Shown piece after piece: positions 49,146 to 59,361 of a DNA stretch of 64,000 nucleotides. The stretch comes from an uncultured Gammaproteobacteria bacterium (GTDB taxonomy: Bacteria; Patescibacteriota; Patescibacteriia; JAHIZJ01). Within the stretch, counting starts at the first letter, position 1, and every line of letters begins with the position of its first letter. The stretch covers positions 443,042 through 507,041 of the forward strand of contig CAYJKP010000001.1 of assembly GCA_964371245.1 (NCBI GenBank), written 5' to 3'. A program made the translations under genes and the position numbers. A model generated the notes under the pieces. It made no database searches. It worked only from the letters and a program-made list of their open reading frames with translations, and was not told the DNA's origin.

Positions 49146-49694
49146 TTAGACGGTAGTTATTTCTTTTTCCTTGTCAGCGGCGACGGCAGAGAGCGCCTCA
49201 ATCGCCGTATCGATTTCATTCTGAAGCTCTTTTTGTCTATTGAAGAGTTGATCTTCAGATATTGTGCCGGCTTCTTTATCCTTCTTGTTCATTTTATTGT
49301 GCTCTTCGCGCGTTTGGCGGATGCGTACTTTGTATTTCTCAGCAATCTCGTGTACTTTTTTCACCATGGCTAAACGCCGTTCTTCGGTCATTTGCGGGAT
49401 AATAATCCGCAACACATTCCCGTCGCTCGTCGGACTGGCACCGAGATTTGCTTTTTGCAATGCTTGTTCAACATCTTTGAACGCGTTTTTATCCCAGGGT
49501 TGAATAACTAAGGTTTGGGCATCGCTCACGGTAACGCTCGCCAGTTGCTTCAACGCGGTTGGCGTACCATAATAGTTGACCATGACATTTTCGACCAGCC
49601 CGGGGTGAGCCCGACCCAGCCTGAGGGCGGACATTTCCTCATGAAAATATCGCTGTGTTAATTCGAGCTCTTCGGTTAGATTATTGGTGCCCAT
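49146..49694 (-). CDS. frr: ribosome recycling factor
   Basis: 182 aa with conserved RRF sequence. Confidence 0.9.
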   Translation of the reverse strand: MGTNNLTEELELTQRYFHEEMSALRLGRAHPGLVENVMVNYYGTPTALKQLASVTVSDAQTLVIQPWDKNAFKDVEQALQKANLGASPTSDGNVLRIIIPQMTEERRLAMVKKVHEIAEKYKVRIRQTREEHNKMNKKDKEAGTISEDQLFNRQKELQNEIDTAIEALSAVAADKEKEITTV

Positions 49695-50758
49695 TATTTC
49701 GATTGAATAGTAAAGACGCCGGCGTAGAGTATCTCCGGCTGGGTCGGATGGATAAGCAATTGATTAATTCTCCGTTTTGAAGGCAAGGTTCGAAGCGTTG
49801 ACCAATTAAAACCGCCATCGTCTGAACGGTACAGCACTGATTGATCAGTGTGATAGATTTGATTTGAGTTCAGGGGGTTAATAGCGACGAGATTTATTGG
49901 CGTATTAAAATTCAAGAGCGTTTTCATGGCTTCCCAGCTCAGGCCCTCGTCATTGCTTTTAAGTAAACCATAATCGGTGGCGAGGTAGAGCGTTTGTGGT
50001 TTATTCGGATCGAAGACGATATCATGGATACTTTTTCCGTTTTTTCCAAATGACTTTAATGACTCTGCCTGCGGCGTCCAATTCTCTCCGCCATCGAGCG
50101 AAATATACAAACCAGCATCATCATTTACCGCCGCAAAAACGATCCGAGAATCCCGCGGACTCAGCCGCACGAGCGAAACCGCTTTCTTAAACCAGTAGAT
50201 TTTTTGCCAAGAATCGCCACCGTCATAGCTTTTAAAAATGCCACCGGCGTCATTCGTCACATAGATTCGTAACGGCTCAAACGGATCAACGACCACATTA
50301 TAGACGATGTCATCGGCTCGATCTTCGGTATAGACAATTTTCCAGTTTTCGCCACCGTCGCTGCTGCGATAAAGATTGCGTCCACTGGCAGCGTAGAGAG
50401 TGTTTGTATTTTTTGGATTTATGTCGAGACTGGTGATTTGATTTACGGCCAGCGAGAGTTTTTGCCACTGGTCGCCGCTATTGGCGGTTTTAAATAAACC
50501 GCTCCCGTTCGTGCCAGCATACAATATATCCGTATTTTGCGGATCGAAAATTAGCTTGCGCACGTCGACGTTACCGATGGTAATTGTCTTCTTTTTTAGA
50601 GTTTCAACGAATACCTTTTGTTCCCAACTTTCGCCCCGATTCGTTGAGCGAAAGACGCCTCCATCGGTAGTTGATTTTTTTGAACCGCATGACAATCCCA
50701 GCAAAAAAAGCATCGGCAGCAAAAGCAATAAAACTTTGGTACTTTTGTGATTGTTCAT
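49694..50758 (-). CDS. secreted BNR/Asp-box repeat protein (Ycf48/sortilin-like beta-propeller)
   Basis: At least five SxDxGxxW motifs, for example SSDGGENWK and SLDGGENWT. A signal peptide is present. Confidence 0.6.
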   Translation of the reverse strand: MNNHKSTKVLLLLLPMLFLLGLSCGSKKSTTDGGVFRSTNRGESWEQKVFVETLKKKTITIGNVDVRKLIFDPQNTDILYAGTNGSGLFKTANSGDQWQKLSLAVNQITSLDINPKNTNTLYAASGRNLYRSSDGGENWKIVYTEDRADDIVYNVVVDPFEPLRIYVTNDAGGIFKSYDGGDSWQKIYWFKKAVSLVRLSPRDSRIVFAAVNDDAGLYISLDGGENWTPQAESLKSFGKNGKSIHDIVFDPNKPQTLYLATDYGLLKSNDEGLSWEAMKTLLNFNTPINLVAINPLNSNQIYHTDQSVLYRSDDGGFNWSTLRTLPSKRRINQLLIHPTQPEILYAGVFTIQSK

Positions 50759-50760
50759 AC

Positions 50761-51816
50761 TTATAGCTGAAGAAAGAAATTTTCGAGCGCTAACCGTGGG
50801 TTTATATTAAAACGCAAACTTTTTTGAATCAGCTGCAGCTGCTTGACCAACCGGCTTAACACTTTCGGTGTATATGTTTTTTTCATCTGCACCAGCGAGT
50901 CTTGTGTAAAATAATTTACCGTAAACGGCACAAGCTGATAATGAAGCAAGATAATATCCCGTAAGACATTTTGCCAAACTCCGATCGTTGTACTCACCGT
51001 ATCAATCGATTCTTGATATGACGGACCAGCGGTGAGTTCGCCTAAATATGAGAATTTCGAAGGTAAATCAGCTTGAAGATATGAGAGAAAATCGTTGACC
51101 TGGGCTTTTCGCTCTTCGAGCAATTCCGGTATGTGGAGATACTGCCAGGCTAGACCCGGCCGGCCAGCTGAGAGTCGGGCGATCGCCAAGGCGCTGGTTC
51201 GATCAATAGACGGTTGTTCTTTTTGAATGAACGTAAGAACATCATCAGTCGAGACCGGCCGGAATTCTATCAGCTGACAGCGCGAGATAACGGTGCGCGG
51301 TAGATTTTCGAGTCGATTCGCAATCAGAATGATTAATGTGTTTTTTGTCGGCTCCTCAAGAGTTTTTAAAAGGCTATTCGCGGCATCGGTGCTTAAATAT
51401 TCAGCGCCATTGATTACGGCCACTTTATATGAATTGAAAAACGAACTGAGCTGAAGACGATGGATTATTTTTTCACGAATATCATCAATGCTGATATTTT
51501 TTTTATCAACTTCTTTCTCGAGTAAGGCAGCGTCCGGATGACTGCGGTTAACCAGCTTCTGGCAATTTTCGCAGATTCCGCAGGGCCGCGTCTCTTCATT
51601 CGTGCAAAAAAGCATTTGAATAAAAGTCTGGGCTGTGGCTGTCTTACCGAGATGCAAAGGGCCGTGAAATAAATACGCTGGCACAACATTTTGTGTGCTG
51701 ACGCATTGAGAAAGATACTTTATATTTTCCCGATGACCGATTATTGGCCAGGTTAATTTATACCCTTTTCTTTTTAACATCGTTGCTATTGTAACAGAAA
51801 GACCGCAAATAATCAA
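50761..51816 (-). CDS. holB: DNA polymerase III delta' subunit
   Basis: An AAA+ fold with a degenerate P-loop and a CGICENCQ zinc module. Confidence 0.75.
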   Translation of the reverse strand: MIICGLSVTIATMLKRKGYKLTWPIIGHRENIKYLSQCVSTQNVVPAYLFHGPLHLGKTATAQTFIQMLFCTNEETRPCGICENCQKLVNRSHPDAALLEKEVDKKNISIDDIREKIIHRLQLSSFFNSYKVAVINGAEYLSTDAANSLLKTLEEPTKNTLIILIANRLENLPRTVISRCQLIEFRPVSTDDVLTFIQKEQPSIDRTSALAIARLSAGRPGLAWQYLHIPELLEERKAQVNDFLSYLQADLPSKFSYLGELTAGPSYQESIDTVSTTIGVWQNVLRDIILLHYQLVPFTVNYFTQDSLVQMKKTYTPKVLSRLVKQLQLIQKSLRFNINPRLALENFFLQL

Positions 51817-51819
51817 GTC

Positions 51820-53016
51820 TCATGATGTCCCGGTTATAACCGCAAGGGTTTTCTTGGCACATTCATCCCAGCGAAAATGATGTATCCTGGAGAAGCCCCG
51901 CTGTTGCAGGTTATGGCGGTAGTCCTGATCAGTCGCCAGTCGCTTTAAAATAGCGGCAAGTTCGTCAGGGCGTTCGGTCTCAAATAGTTCCGCGGCATCG
52001 CCAGCTACTTCCGGTATTGAGGCAGCACGGCTGGCTACGACTGGTGACCCACACGCCATTGCCTCAAGAAGCGGCAAGCCAAATCCTTCATAAAATGAAG
52101 GAAAAACAAAGGCAGTCGCCTTATTTAACAAGGCAACGAGCGACTCCGGCTGGAGATAGCCAGGCATGATGATGGCCGAGGCAAGATTGCTTTTCAGGAT
52201 TTCATTTCGTACTTCATCAAAACCATATCCGGGCTGACCGGCTAAAATCATTACGTGCGGTAGTTTCGTCTCATTTTTAAAGATTGAGAACGCCTTGATT
52301 AATCCGGCCGTATTCTTCTTCTTCTCCAGCCGACCGACATACAGAAAATATGGCGCCGTAATTTTCAAACGATCCAACTCGTTCTGAATTATTGACGTGT
52401 CAGTGATCGGATGATAAATGTTCTGGTCGACGCCGTGATAGATTACCTGGATGCGTTTTTCGGGTATGCCGTAGACATCGATAACTTCATTCTTCGTAAA
52501 ACTCGACGGGACAATAATCTGGGTAGCTTTTGTAATCGCGGTTCGCATCGCCCAACGATGATAATCGAGCTCGCTTGAACCGTAGCGACCTCTCGTAAAT
52601 ATCCTGGTACCAGCCGATAATATTTTCTTCCCCAGGCGCCGCCCACCGATTGCTTCCTTTGAATAGAGCCCATGAAGCCGTTCAAAACCGATGTCATGGA
52701 CGGTTAAAACGGTTCTTTTGCTTTTAATGAGAGGGAGCGTGTGAGCCGGCACGAAGAGCACGTCAACGGGTTTTACGGCCAGCCGGAGTGAGAGACGAAT
52801 TTGAGTCCAAAGAAATTTTGGCGGCCAGCGTAATACTTGCGAATGAAAATTTGTTGGCAGATTTTGATATTCCGAGCGCAATTTTTCCTTGGTATACAAA
52901 AAATACTGATCGTTCGGGTCAGCAATTTTGCAAAATTCTTTAATCAGCCAATACGAATACCATTCGGTTCCGGTTTTGTTTTCGACATTGGCGCGCGAGG
53001 CGTCAATACCAATCTT
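51820..53016 (-). CDS. glycosyltransferase family 1 (GT4-type)
   Basis: Carries FVFPSFYEGFGLPLLEAMACGSPVVAS. The ATG at 53016 (MKIGID...) was preferred over the ORF-track start at 53076. Confidence 0.75.
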   Translation of the reverse strand, partial: KIGIDASRANVENKTGTEWYSYWLIKEFCKIADPNDQYFLYTKEKLRSEYQNLPTNFHSQVLRWPPKFLWTQIRLSLRLAVKPVDVLFVPAHTLPLIKSKRTVLTVHDIGFERLHGLYSKEAIGGRRLGKKILSAGTRIFTRGRYGSSELDYHRWAMRTAITKATQIIVPSSFTKNEVIDVYGIPEKRIQVIYHGVDQNIYHPITDTSIIQNELDRLKITAPYFLYVGRLEKKKNTAGLIKAFSIFKNETKLPHVMILAGQPGYGFDEVRNEILKSNLASAIIMPGYLQPESLVALLNKATAFVFPSFYEGFGLPLLEAMACGSPVVASRAASIPEVAGDAAELFETERPDELAAILKRLATDQDYRHNLQQRGFSRIHHFRWDECAKKTLAVITGTS

Positions 53017-53038
53017 CATAAGGTACGCGCTAAAGGAA

Positions 53039-54046
53039 TTACTTTGTATACAAGATACTGCGCTTGTATGACTCAAGATTCTCTAAGGCAATGCCAGTTC
53101 CGCGAGCAACGCACAGGAGTGCTTCATCAGCGACATACGACGGCACCCCGGTGGCCTGAGCCAATAATTGATCGAGGTTCCGCAACAGCGCCGTACCGCC
53201 GCTCAAGACCATGCCTTTGTCGATGACATCAGCCGCTAACTCAGGTGGTGTTTCTTGTAAAACGGATTTTACCGCTTGAACGATACTAGCAAGTTCGTCC
53301 TGGATCGCTTCCGTGATATCATCCGAGGAAACCGTGATGGTTTTTGGTAGACCAGTGATCATGTCGCGTCCCCGGATGTCCATTGACATGCGCTCTTCCA
53401 TCGGTAAGGCCGAACCGATCGTAATCTTCAGTTCCTCGGCGCTTCGATCACCAATCGCCAAACCGTATTTACGACGGGTGTAATCTGTGATGGCGGCGTC
53501 GAGTCGATTGCCGCCAATCCGGACCGAGGTGCTCGCGACAATGCCGCCGAGCGAAATCACGGCAATTTCTGAGGTACCGCCGCCAAGATCGATGATCATA
53601 TGGCCGGATGCGGAACCAATCGGTATATTTGCTCCGATCGCCGCGGCGATCGGTTCTTTGATGATAAAGGCGGCTTTCGCGCCAGCTTGCAGAGTGGCAT
53701 CAATGACAGCGCGTCGTTCGGTCGACGTGATGCCGGCCGGTACTGAAACCATTACCTCGGGTCTGAAAAAATGCACCCCGCCGAGCGCCTTATTTATAAA
53801 ATACCGCAGCATGCTCTCCGTTGTCCGATAATCGGCAATGACGCCATCGCGCAGCGGTCGCGAGGCCGTGATCGTATCAGGCGTCCGACCGAGCATCTCT
53901 TTCGCTTCCTCGCCCACCGCAAGCACCTTTTTATCGGCAATGGAAATTGCCACGACCGATGGTTCATTGATAATAATGCCTCGTTTCGGTATGTAAACGA
54001 GCGTATTCGCAGTGCCGAGATCTATACCAATTTTTTTGACAAACAT
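53039..54046 (-). CDS. second MreB-family actin-like protein, lacking the N-terminal amphipathic extension
   Basis: Carries GIDLGTANT. It is about 55-60% identical by eye to the mreB gene at 46743-47795. Confidence 0.8.
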   Translation of the reverse strand: MFVKKIGIDLGTANTLVYIPKRGIIINEPSVVAISIADKKVLAVGEEAKEMLGRTPDTITASRPLRDGVIADYRTTESMLRYFINKALGGVHFFRPEVMVSVPAGITSTERRAVIDATLQAGAKAAFIIKEPIAAAIGANIPIGSASGHMIIDLGGGTSEIAVISLGGIVASTSVRIGGNRLDAAITDYTRRKYGLAIGDRSAEELKITIGSALPMEERMSMDIRGRDMITGLPKTITVSSDDITEAIQDELASIVQAVKSVLQETPPELAADVIDKGMVLSGGTALLRNLDQLLAQATGVPSYVADEALLCVARGTGIALENLESYKRSILYTK

Positions 54047-54049
54047 AGA

Positions 54050-56020
54050 CTAACGAAAGGTTACTTCGACGCTTCGATCGCGTTGCAGATCAGTATTTAA
54101 CGTCATGCTAGTATCATCTGTTTTTTTGATTTTGTCAATAGGATCAGCCGTAAATATCTTTTGGTCGAACGCAAACGACAAGGACAGTGGGTATGATCGA
54201 GTACCAGGCTGTTTCTGAAAGTTCAAGACGTATTTATTTCCGTCTGTTTGATTGATGATTGAGTCGGGCAAACGATACCGATAATGGATGGTGCCCTCGT
54301 CACCAGGTTCGATCGAGATAAACCCGCCAAAAACTGTCTTGCCAAGCTCTTCGGTGACGTCTGGATCGGTTGGTTTACCGTTGTGGAGCTTGTCATTCGT
54401 CATCGGACCCGAGGACTCGATGAGCGTGCTCCCTTTTGGTACATAGACCCTGGTATACGTGCGATAGCGTGTTGTTTTCCAATCAATGCTCCCCTTGTTT
54501 GAATATTGTATCGTCAGGTCGCCAATCAAACCGTCGTTTGTTTGTTCAACGCGGTACGTGACCGAGCGATCAACAATTCGATCGGTTTTTAAGGCTGCCA
54601 TATTGGCATCAACGAACATGACGTAGTCTGTGTTTTCTTCTTGGGACACTGCCCCACCCCAGTTCTCCCGCGCGATGACGGTTTGCAATGATTCATCCTT
54701 TGAATAAAACATCAATTGTTTTTCCTCGATATGATTCATGATCACCTGCCACAATTCGCCCCAGCGCGATTGCGGAAAGTTCAACAGCCGATCCATCAAC
54801 TGCTGCGACATCACACCGATAATCTCCTTCCGCTCAGCATCAGATATGCCCTGCCGATAGAAACCCTGTTCGACTTGATATTGCATTGTCTCAACAAAAT
54901 TATCAGGTGTGAATTTTACGCCGTTCACGGTAATGTCGCCCGTCAATCGGATTAACGATTCGATAAAGTTCGGAGTCACGGCCACGACGCCATCGATATG
55001 TTTTTCCGGTCCGTTTTCCTGCTGGTAAAACCAGAGTGCTTTTTGAGCCGAGGTCGGAAAGTCCGGCGACCAGTTGCTGTCGCGCATAAACCATTTCTCG
55101 GCCGCCAAATATTTCTGGAGTGGTTCTGGCGGCGTTGCAATCAATGTGTTTTGGAATGGGTTGTCGAGATTGTAGATATTGTCCGTTTTAAAATATGATA
55201 TCTCCGCATCTTTAATCTTCAAAATACCGTAGGTACCGATAAAACCACCAGCCGGGCGTAGCTCGGTATTGTTCTCCAATAAAAAGAGATAGGTTTTTCC
55301 GTTCGGATAGCCGGCGATCGGTGGCAGCAGTTCCGCCGCCGGTAATGCCTGGGCGATTGATTTCTTTATACTCGGTAGTTGGTCTTTGATCGGCTGGATC
55401 ATTTTTTTAATCGTTGGGTAGATACCATGATCAGGTATCTGTTCCATGCTCAGAACGGCTAAATCTATTTCCGCTTTTACACCAACCAGGTCTGGATACG
55501 CTTCAGATATTTTTTGCAAAATAACATGCTTTTGCTCCGGCTTCAGCTTCGCCAGGCTGAATTCAGCATCGGTTTTTACCGGCGTGATTATTTCATCGGC
55601 GAGATAGGCAATTTTTGACAAGGCTGAGGCTGTTTGCGTGCCCGCCTTTAAAATATTATCAACGGCCGAGAGCTGCGTTTTGACATACGGGATCGAACGC
55701 AAGCCGCCCATTTTTTCGATTTCCTGCTGAGCCAAGGCTAATTCCTTTTGGGCGGTTACGAGCGTATCACCAGCCTCGCGAAAATGTTCGTCCGTCACCG
55801 CCTGTTGGGCGGTGGTAAAACTATTTTTTCCGTTTTTGGCATGCGCCACCAGACTGCGCATCGGGTTCAAATATTTTATAGCGAAAATTGCCAGAATAAT
55901 TATAATTATTCCAAGCGGTATGCCAATACCAAGAAGCCATGGCTTCGCTTTTTGTTTCCAGTTTTTTTTGCCTCTCTGAAACATTTTCGATTGCGCTTGA
56001 TTTGGTGTAAGATTGATCAT
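54050..56020 (-). CDS. N-terminally anchored extracytoplasmic protein, DUF4012-like
   Basis: One TM helix. The motif LFLLENNTELRPAGGFIGTYG resembles the DUF4012 ELRPxGGFIG signature. 656 aa. Confidence 0.5.
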   Translation of the reverse strand: MINLTPNQAQSKMFQRGKKNWKQKAKPWLLGIGIPLGIIIIILAIFAIKYLNPMRSLVAHAKNGKNSFTTAQQAVTDEHFREAGDTLVTAQKELALAQQEIEKMGGLRSIPYVKTQLSAVDNILKAGTQTASALSKIAYLADEIITPVKTDAEFSLAKLKPEQKHVILQKISEAYPDLVGVKAEIDLAVLSMEQIPDHGIYPTIKKMIQPIKDQLPSIKKSIAQALPAAELLPPIAGYPNGKTYLFLLENNTELRPAGGFIGTYGILKIKDAEISYFKTDNIYNLDNPFQNTLIATPPEPLQKYLAAEKWFMRDSNWSPDFPTSAQKALWFYQQENGPEKHIDGVVAVTPNFIESLIRLTGDITVNGVKFTPDNFVETMQYQVEQGFYRQGISDAERKEIIGVMSQQLMDRLLNFPQSRWGELWQVIMNHIEEKQLMFYSKDESLQTVIARENWGGAVSQEENTDYVMFVDANMAALKTDRIVDRSVTYRVEQTNDGLIGDLTIQYSNKGSIDWKTTRYRTYTRVYVPKGSTLIESSGPMTNDKLHNGKPTDPDVTEELGKTVFGGFISIEPGDEGTIHYRYRLPDSIINQTDGNKYVLNFQKQPGTRSYPLSLSFAFDQKIFTADPIDKIKKTDDTSMTLNTDLQRDRSVEVTFR

Positions 56021-56833
56021 TTAATCCTTTATAATTGGTTCTTTCGTTCCAAAATATTTAGCAAAATATTTTATAGCACTGGTAATATGAATGCGCGTCG
56101 CGTAGCTAAAAACTCCTTTTATGCCAGGATTCACAGCTGAGATGCGTTGATGATAATGGACCATTTCGGCGTCAGCCACGTAATACACTTGGTAGCCTGA
56201 TTGCCAAAACCGGCGACACCAATCAACGTCTTCCAGATACAGGAAAAAGCGTTCGTCTAGCAATCCGACTTTTTTCATGGCATCCGTTCTGGCAAAAAAA
56301 CATGCCCCAATCATCCAGTCAACAGCGCGATTATGAGAATGATCAAAATCGAGCATTAGATGACGACGGAGTTTTTGGCGCGGTCCGTGTAACCGTCCAA
56401 GGGGCGTCCGGCGATAGAGTAACAACGTTTGCCAGGAGGGAAAGGTGCGGCACGACGCCTGTGTTGTGCCGTCGGGATTGATCAGTTTCGGGCCAATCAG
56501 GCCAACGGTCGGGTGTTCCTCCATGAAACGATACATGACATCGAGCGAATTATTCATGATCGAGACGTCAGGATTGAGAATCATGATATATTTTCCCGTC
56601 GCTTGTTTTATCCCGAGATTATTACCAGCCGCGTAACCACAATTCACGGCCGATTCGATAATTTTAACGCTTGGAAATTCCTCCCTGATCATTTCCACGG
56701 TGCCGTCGTGCGAGGAATTATCGACAACAATGATCTCATAATCAATTTTTGGATTAAGTAATTGCAGTCCTTTTAAGCACTGCTTCGTTAATCCCTTCGT
56801 CTTATAATTGAGAATGATGATTGAGAGATCCAT
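56021..56833 (-). CDS. glycosyltransferase family 2
   Basis: Carries DLSIIILNYKT...YEIIVVDNSSHDGT. Confidence 0.8.
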   Translation of the reverse strand: MDLSIIILNYKTKGLTKQCLKGLQLLNPKIDYEIIVVDNSSHDGTVEMIREEFPSVKIIESAVNCGYAAGNNLGIKQATGKYIMILNPDVSIMNNSLDVMYRFMEEHPTVGLIGPKLINPDGTTQASCRTFPSWQTLLLYRRTPLGRLHGPRQKLRRHLMLDFDHSHNRAVDWMIGACFFARTDAMKKVGLLDERFFLYLEDVDWCRRFWQSGYQVYYVADAEMVHYHQRISAVNPGIKGVFSYATRIHITSAIKYFAKYFGTKEPIIKD

Positions 56834-56834
56834 G

Positions 56835-57881
56835 TTAGTAAAACCATTGACGCAGATCGTGGTCGCTGATGATTCGGCGACTGAGAATTTCCCGACGCTG
56901 GCGCAATAATGCTGGTAAGCGACGCCAAATTTGGAATGATTGTATTATTGTACGTGGCTCAAAAATTATGAGATAGAAAAATTTTTTTATTTCATAGCCA
57001 ATCAGCCAGGGCGCGTCACGGACGATGTTCGCGAACGATTCATTCTTTATTATTGTCGCCAGATGATTCCGATATGACCATTGATTCATAAGTGTTGATT
57101 TCGTTCGGCGGTGGAGTATTTGCTTAACGGTGCTGGCGGCGGCCGCGCTTTGGGCCGAACGCCGGTGCCAAGCAATGGCTTTTGGGACATACCGACTTTT
57201 CCAGCCGCGCAATTTCAATCGCCAGGCCAAATCAAAATCTTCTTGATACATGAAGTAACTCTCGTCAAAATACTGTCCCTTCGACAACCGGACATCTTCG
57301 AGCGCCTGCGTATTAAAAAGTACCAAGGCTCCACTGATCCCAAACACGTCGTTGCTCGTATCATACTGTCCGGTATCCTTTTCGCCCTCTCCCCGATCGA
57401 CAATTCGTCTATTTTTAAAACACATGAAACCAGTGCTGTCAAGCATATCAGATTTTTGCATGCTCTTCAAGTCAGGGTTTAATTTATACAATTTTCCACC
57501 AATCGAGGCAATTCTCTTGTCAGACTCAATGTGCGAAAACACCTCCATCAAGTAATTTTCATCTAGTCGAATATCAGGATTTGCCACGAGCACATATGGC
57601 GCGCGCGCTTCGCGAATGCCCTGATTATGCGCTTTGCCGTACCCTTCATTCACGTGATTCTTGATGATTTTTACGTTCGGCCGACATTGCTCAAGATACT
57701 GGCACGTGGTATCAACTGAAGCGTTATCGACGACAATTACTTCAAAGTCCGTAAATGTCTGATTTTCTAATGACTCAAAAAAGTTCGGCAAATCGGAAGC
57801 CGAATTATACGTGACCAGACTAATGCTGAGCCGCGGCAAGCTGGTTTTCGGATTGATAATTTCCATGTCGAAGCTGTTCAA
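56835..57881 (-). CDS. glycosyltransferase family 2
   Basis: Carries LSISLVTYNS...FEVIVVDNASVDTT. The ORF-track start overlaps the upstream Wzy-like gene; an internal ATG may be the true start. Confidence 0.75.
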   Translation of the reverse strand: MNSFDMEIINPKTSLPRLSISLVTYNSASDLPNFFESLENQTFTDFEVIVVDNASVDTTCQYLEQCRPNVKIIKNHVNEGYGKAHNQGIREARAPYVLVANPDIRLDENYLMEVFSHIESDKRIASIGGKLYKLNPDLKSMQKSDMLDSTGFMCFKNRRIVDRGEGEKDTGQYDTSNDVFGISGALVLFNTQALEDVRLSKGQYFDESYFMYQEDFDLAWRLKLRGWKSRYVPKAIAWHRRSAQSAAAASTVKQILHRRTKSTLMNQWSYRNHLATIIKNESFANIVRDAPWLIGYEIKKFFYLIIFEPRTIIQSFQIWRRLPALLRQRREILSRRIISDHDLRQWFY

Positions 57882-59361
57882 ATATTACGGCGCATGTCAT
57901 GATGAAACCGAGACCGAGCGGATGATTAAGATAAGGCGTAGTCGCGTGCGTAATGAGCAGCGACGTCAACGCGAGAAGCAAACCAAGAATAAACATTTTT
58001 TCACCATTTTCGTTTTTTCGATAGGCCTGAATGCCATTTTTGAATATCTGATAAAGAAATAGGGCGTAGATAACAAGTCCAATCAGACCGAGTTTTAAGG
58101 CCAGGTCAAGATACCCCCATTCAAACGAATACGTCTTATACAAACCCCCGGTCGTGGCGACGACGCGCGGATCCTTTGATACGTATGTCACCTCACTGCC
58201 AAAACCCTGACCAAGAAACGGCGATTTCCATATTTCTTGCCCAAGCGGTTTGATAAGATTCCAGCGGCTCTGCAGGGCAACTTCATTCGTATCACCAAGT
58301 CGATCTTCAACCAGACTTGATAAGCTGACACCACCGCCGTGAGCCTTCAACCATTGCGGCGCGTTGACGAGAAGGTAGATACAACCAATTTCGACAATAA
58401 AGATTCCAATCATGATGGCTCCGAGCGCGATGATATTCTTGAATCGATAATTATAGCGTTGGATCAATGCTACTGTCACGAATATCAGGGTGACAGCAAA
58501 AGACAACCAGAGGCTTCTCGAGTAACTGATGAGTATCGTGGTCGTTGCCATAATATAGAGTATTATTAACGCTCGGTGTTTTTTTATGCCTTCGCGCCTG
58601 ACCGCAACAGCCAAAACTACTAAGACCAATATGGCTCCGAAGAGACTGAATATATGACTCTGCGAGAAAACGCGATAGAAATTGTGACTAATGAGCGTTA
58701 TTTCATTGACGCGCGTATCGCGAACCCAGCGGTAAAGCGACGGCAGGAACGAGACCTGTGAAGCGAAGAGTAAAAGCAAGACAAGAGTTTTTACAGCCAC
58801 CGCCGTCAGGCCGGCCAGTATAACCTCAATGGCAGTCGCGATCTTTTTTCGATCGATCATTACTTCATAGAATACAAATATCAAACCAAGGTATAAAAAT
58901 CCGTTGACATCAAGAAAAATATTTTTTGATGGATGATGGCGGATCAGGCCGTTCGCTATCCCCCAACCGAGCGCCCCTAAGAATATGACATACCACCAAA
59001 ATAATTTTGATTTAAAAAACTGTACCTTGCGTTTTAGCAGACGGGTGAGCAGCCAAACCGCGATCACCACGCAAAACAGCCCCAAGCGTATTGAAACTGA
59101 AAACGATCCAACGTTGCTGGAAAACAGGTACCCTTTTGATCCAACCACTAGTTCCGCAATGACAATCCAGAGCGCGATATCGAGTCGCCAAAACGCAACG
59201 AGTCCTGTCACGCCGAGTATCACCCAAAACGCTATTTTGCCAACCAGCGGCCAGCTCCAACCGGCCAGACTCAACACCTCAATACAAGCGATGGCCAGCA
59301 CAATGTACCAGAAGGTTTTTGTAATTCGAATGGTGCTCATCGATGAAATGGCTGGATACAT
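57820..59361 (-). CDS. polytopic membrane protein, O-antigen ligase / Wzy-like polymerase family
   Basis: About 12 TM helices. A periplasmic loop carries GQGFGSEV...SFEWGYLDLALKLG. Confidence 0.55.
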   Translation of the reverse strand: MYPAISSMSTIRITKTFWYIVLAIACIEVLSLAGWSWPLVGKIAFWVILGVTGLVAFWRLDIALWIVIAELVVGSKGYLFSSNVGSFSVSIRLGLFCVVIAVWLLTRLLKRKVQFFKSKLFWWYVIFLGALGWGIANGLIRHHPSKNIFLDVNGFLYLGLIFVFYEVMIDRKKIATAIEVILAGLTAVAVKTLVLLLLFASQVSFLPSLYRWVRDTRVNEITLISHNFYRVFSQSHIFSLFGAILVLVVLAVAVRREGIKKHRALIILYIMATTTILISYSRSLWLSFAVTLIFVTVALIQRYNYRFKNIIALGAIMIGIFIVEIGCIYLLVNAPQWLKAHGGGVSLSSLVEDRLGDTNEVALQSRWNLIKPLGQEIWKSPFLGQGFGSEVTYVSKDPRVVATTGGLYKTYSFEWGYLDLALKLGLIGLVIYALFLYQIFKNGIQAYRKNENGEKMFILGLLLALTSLLITHATTPYLNHPLGLGFIMTCAVIFEQLRHGNYQSENQLAAAQH

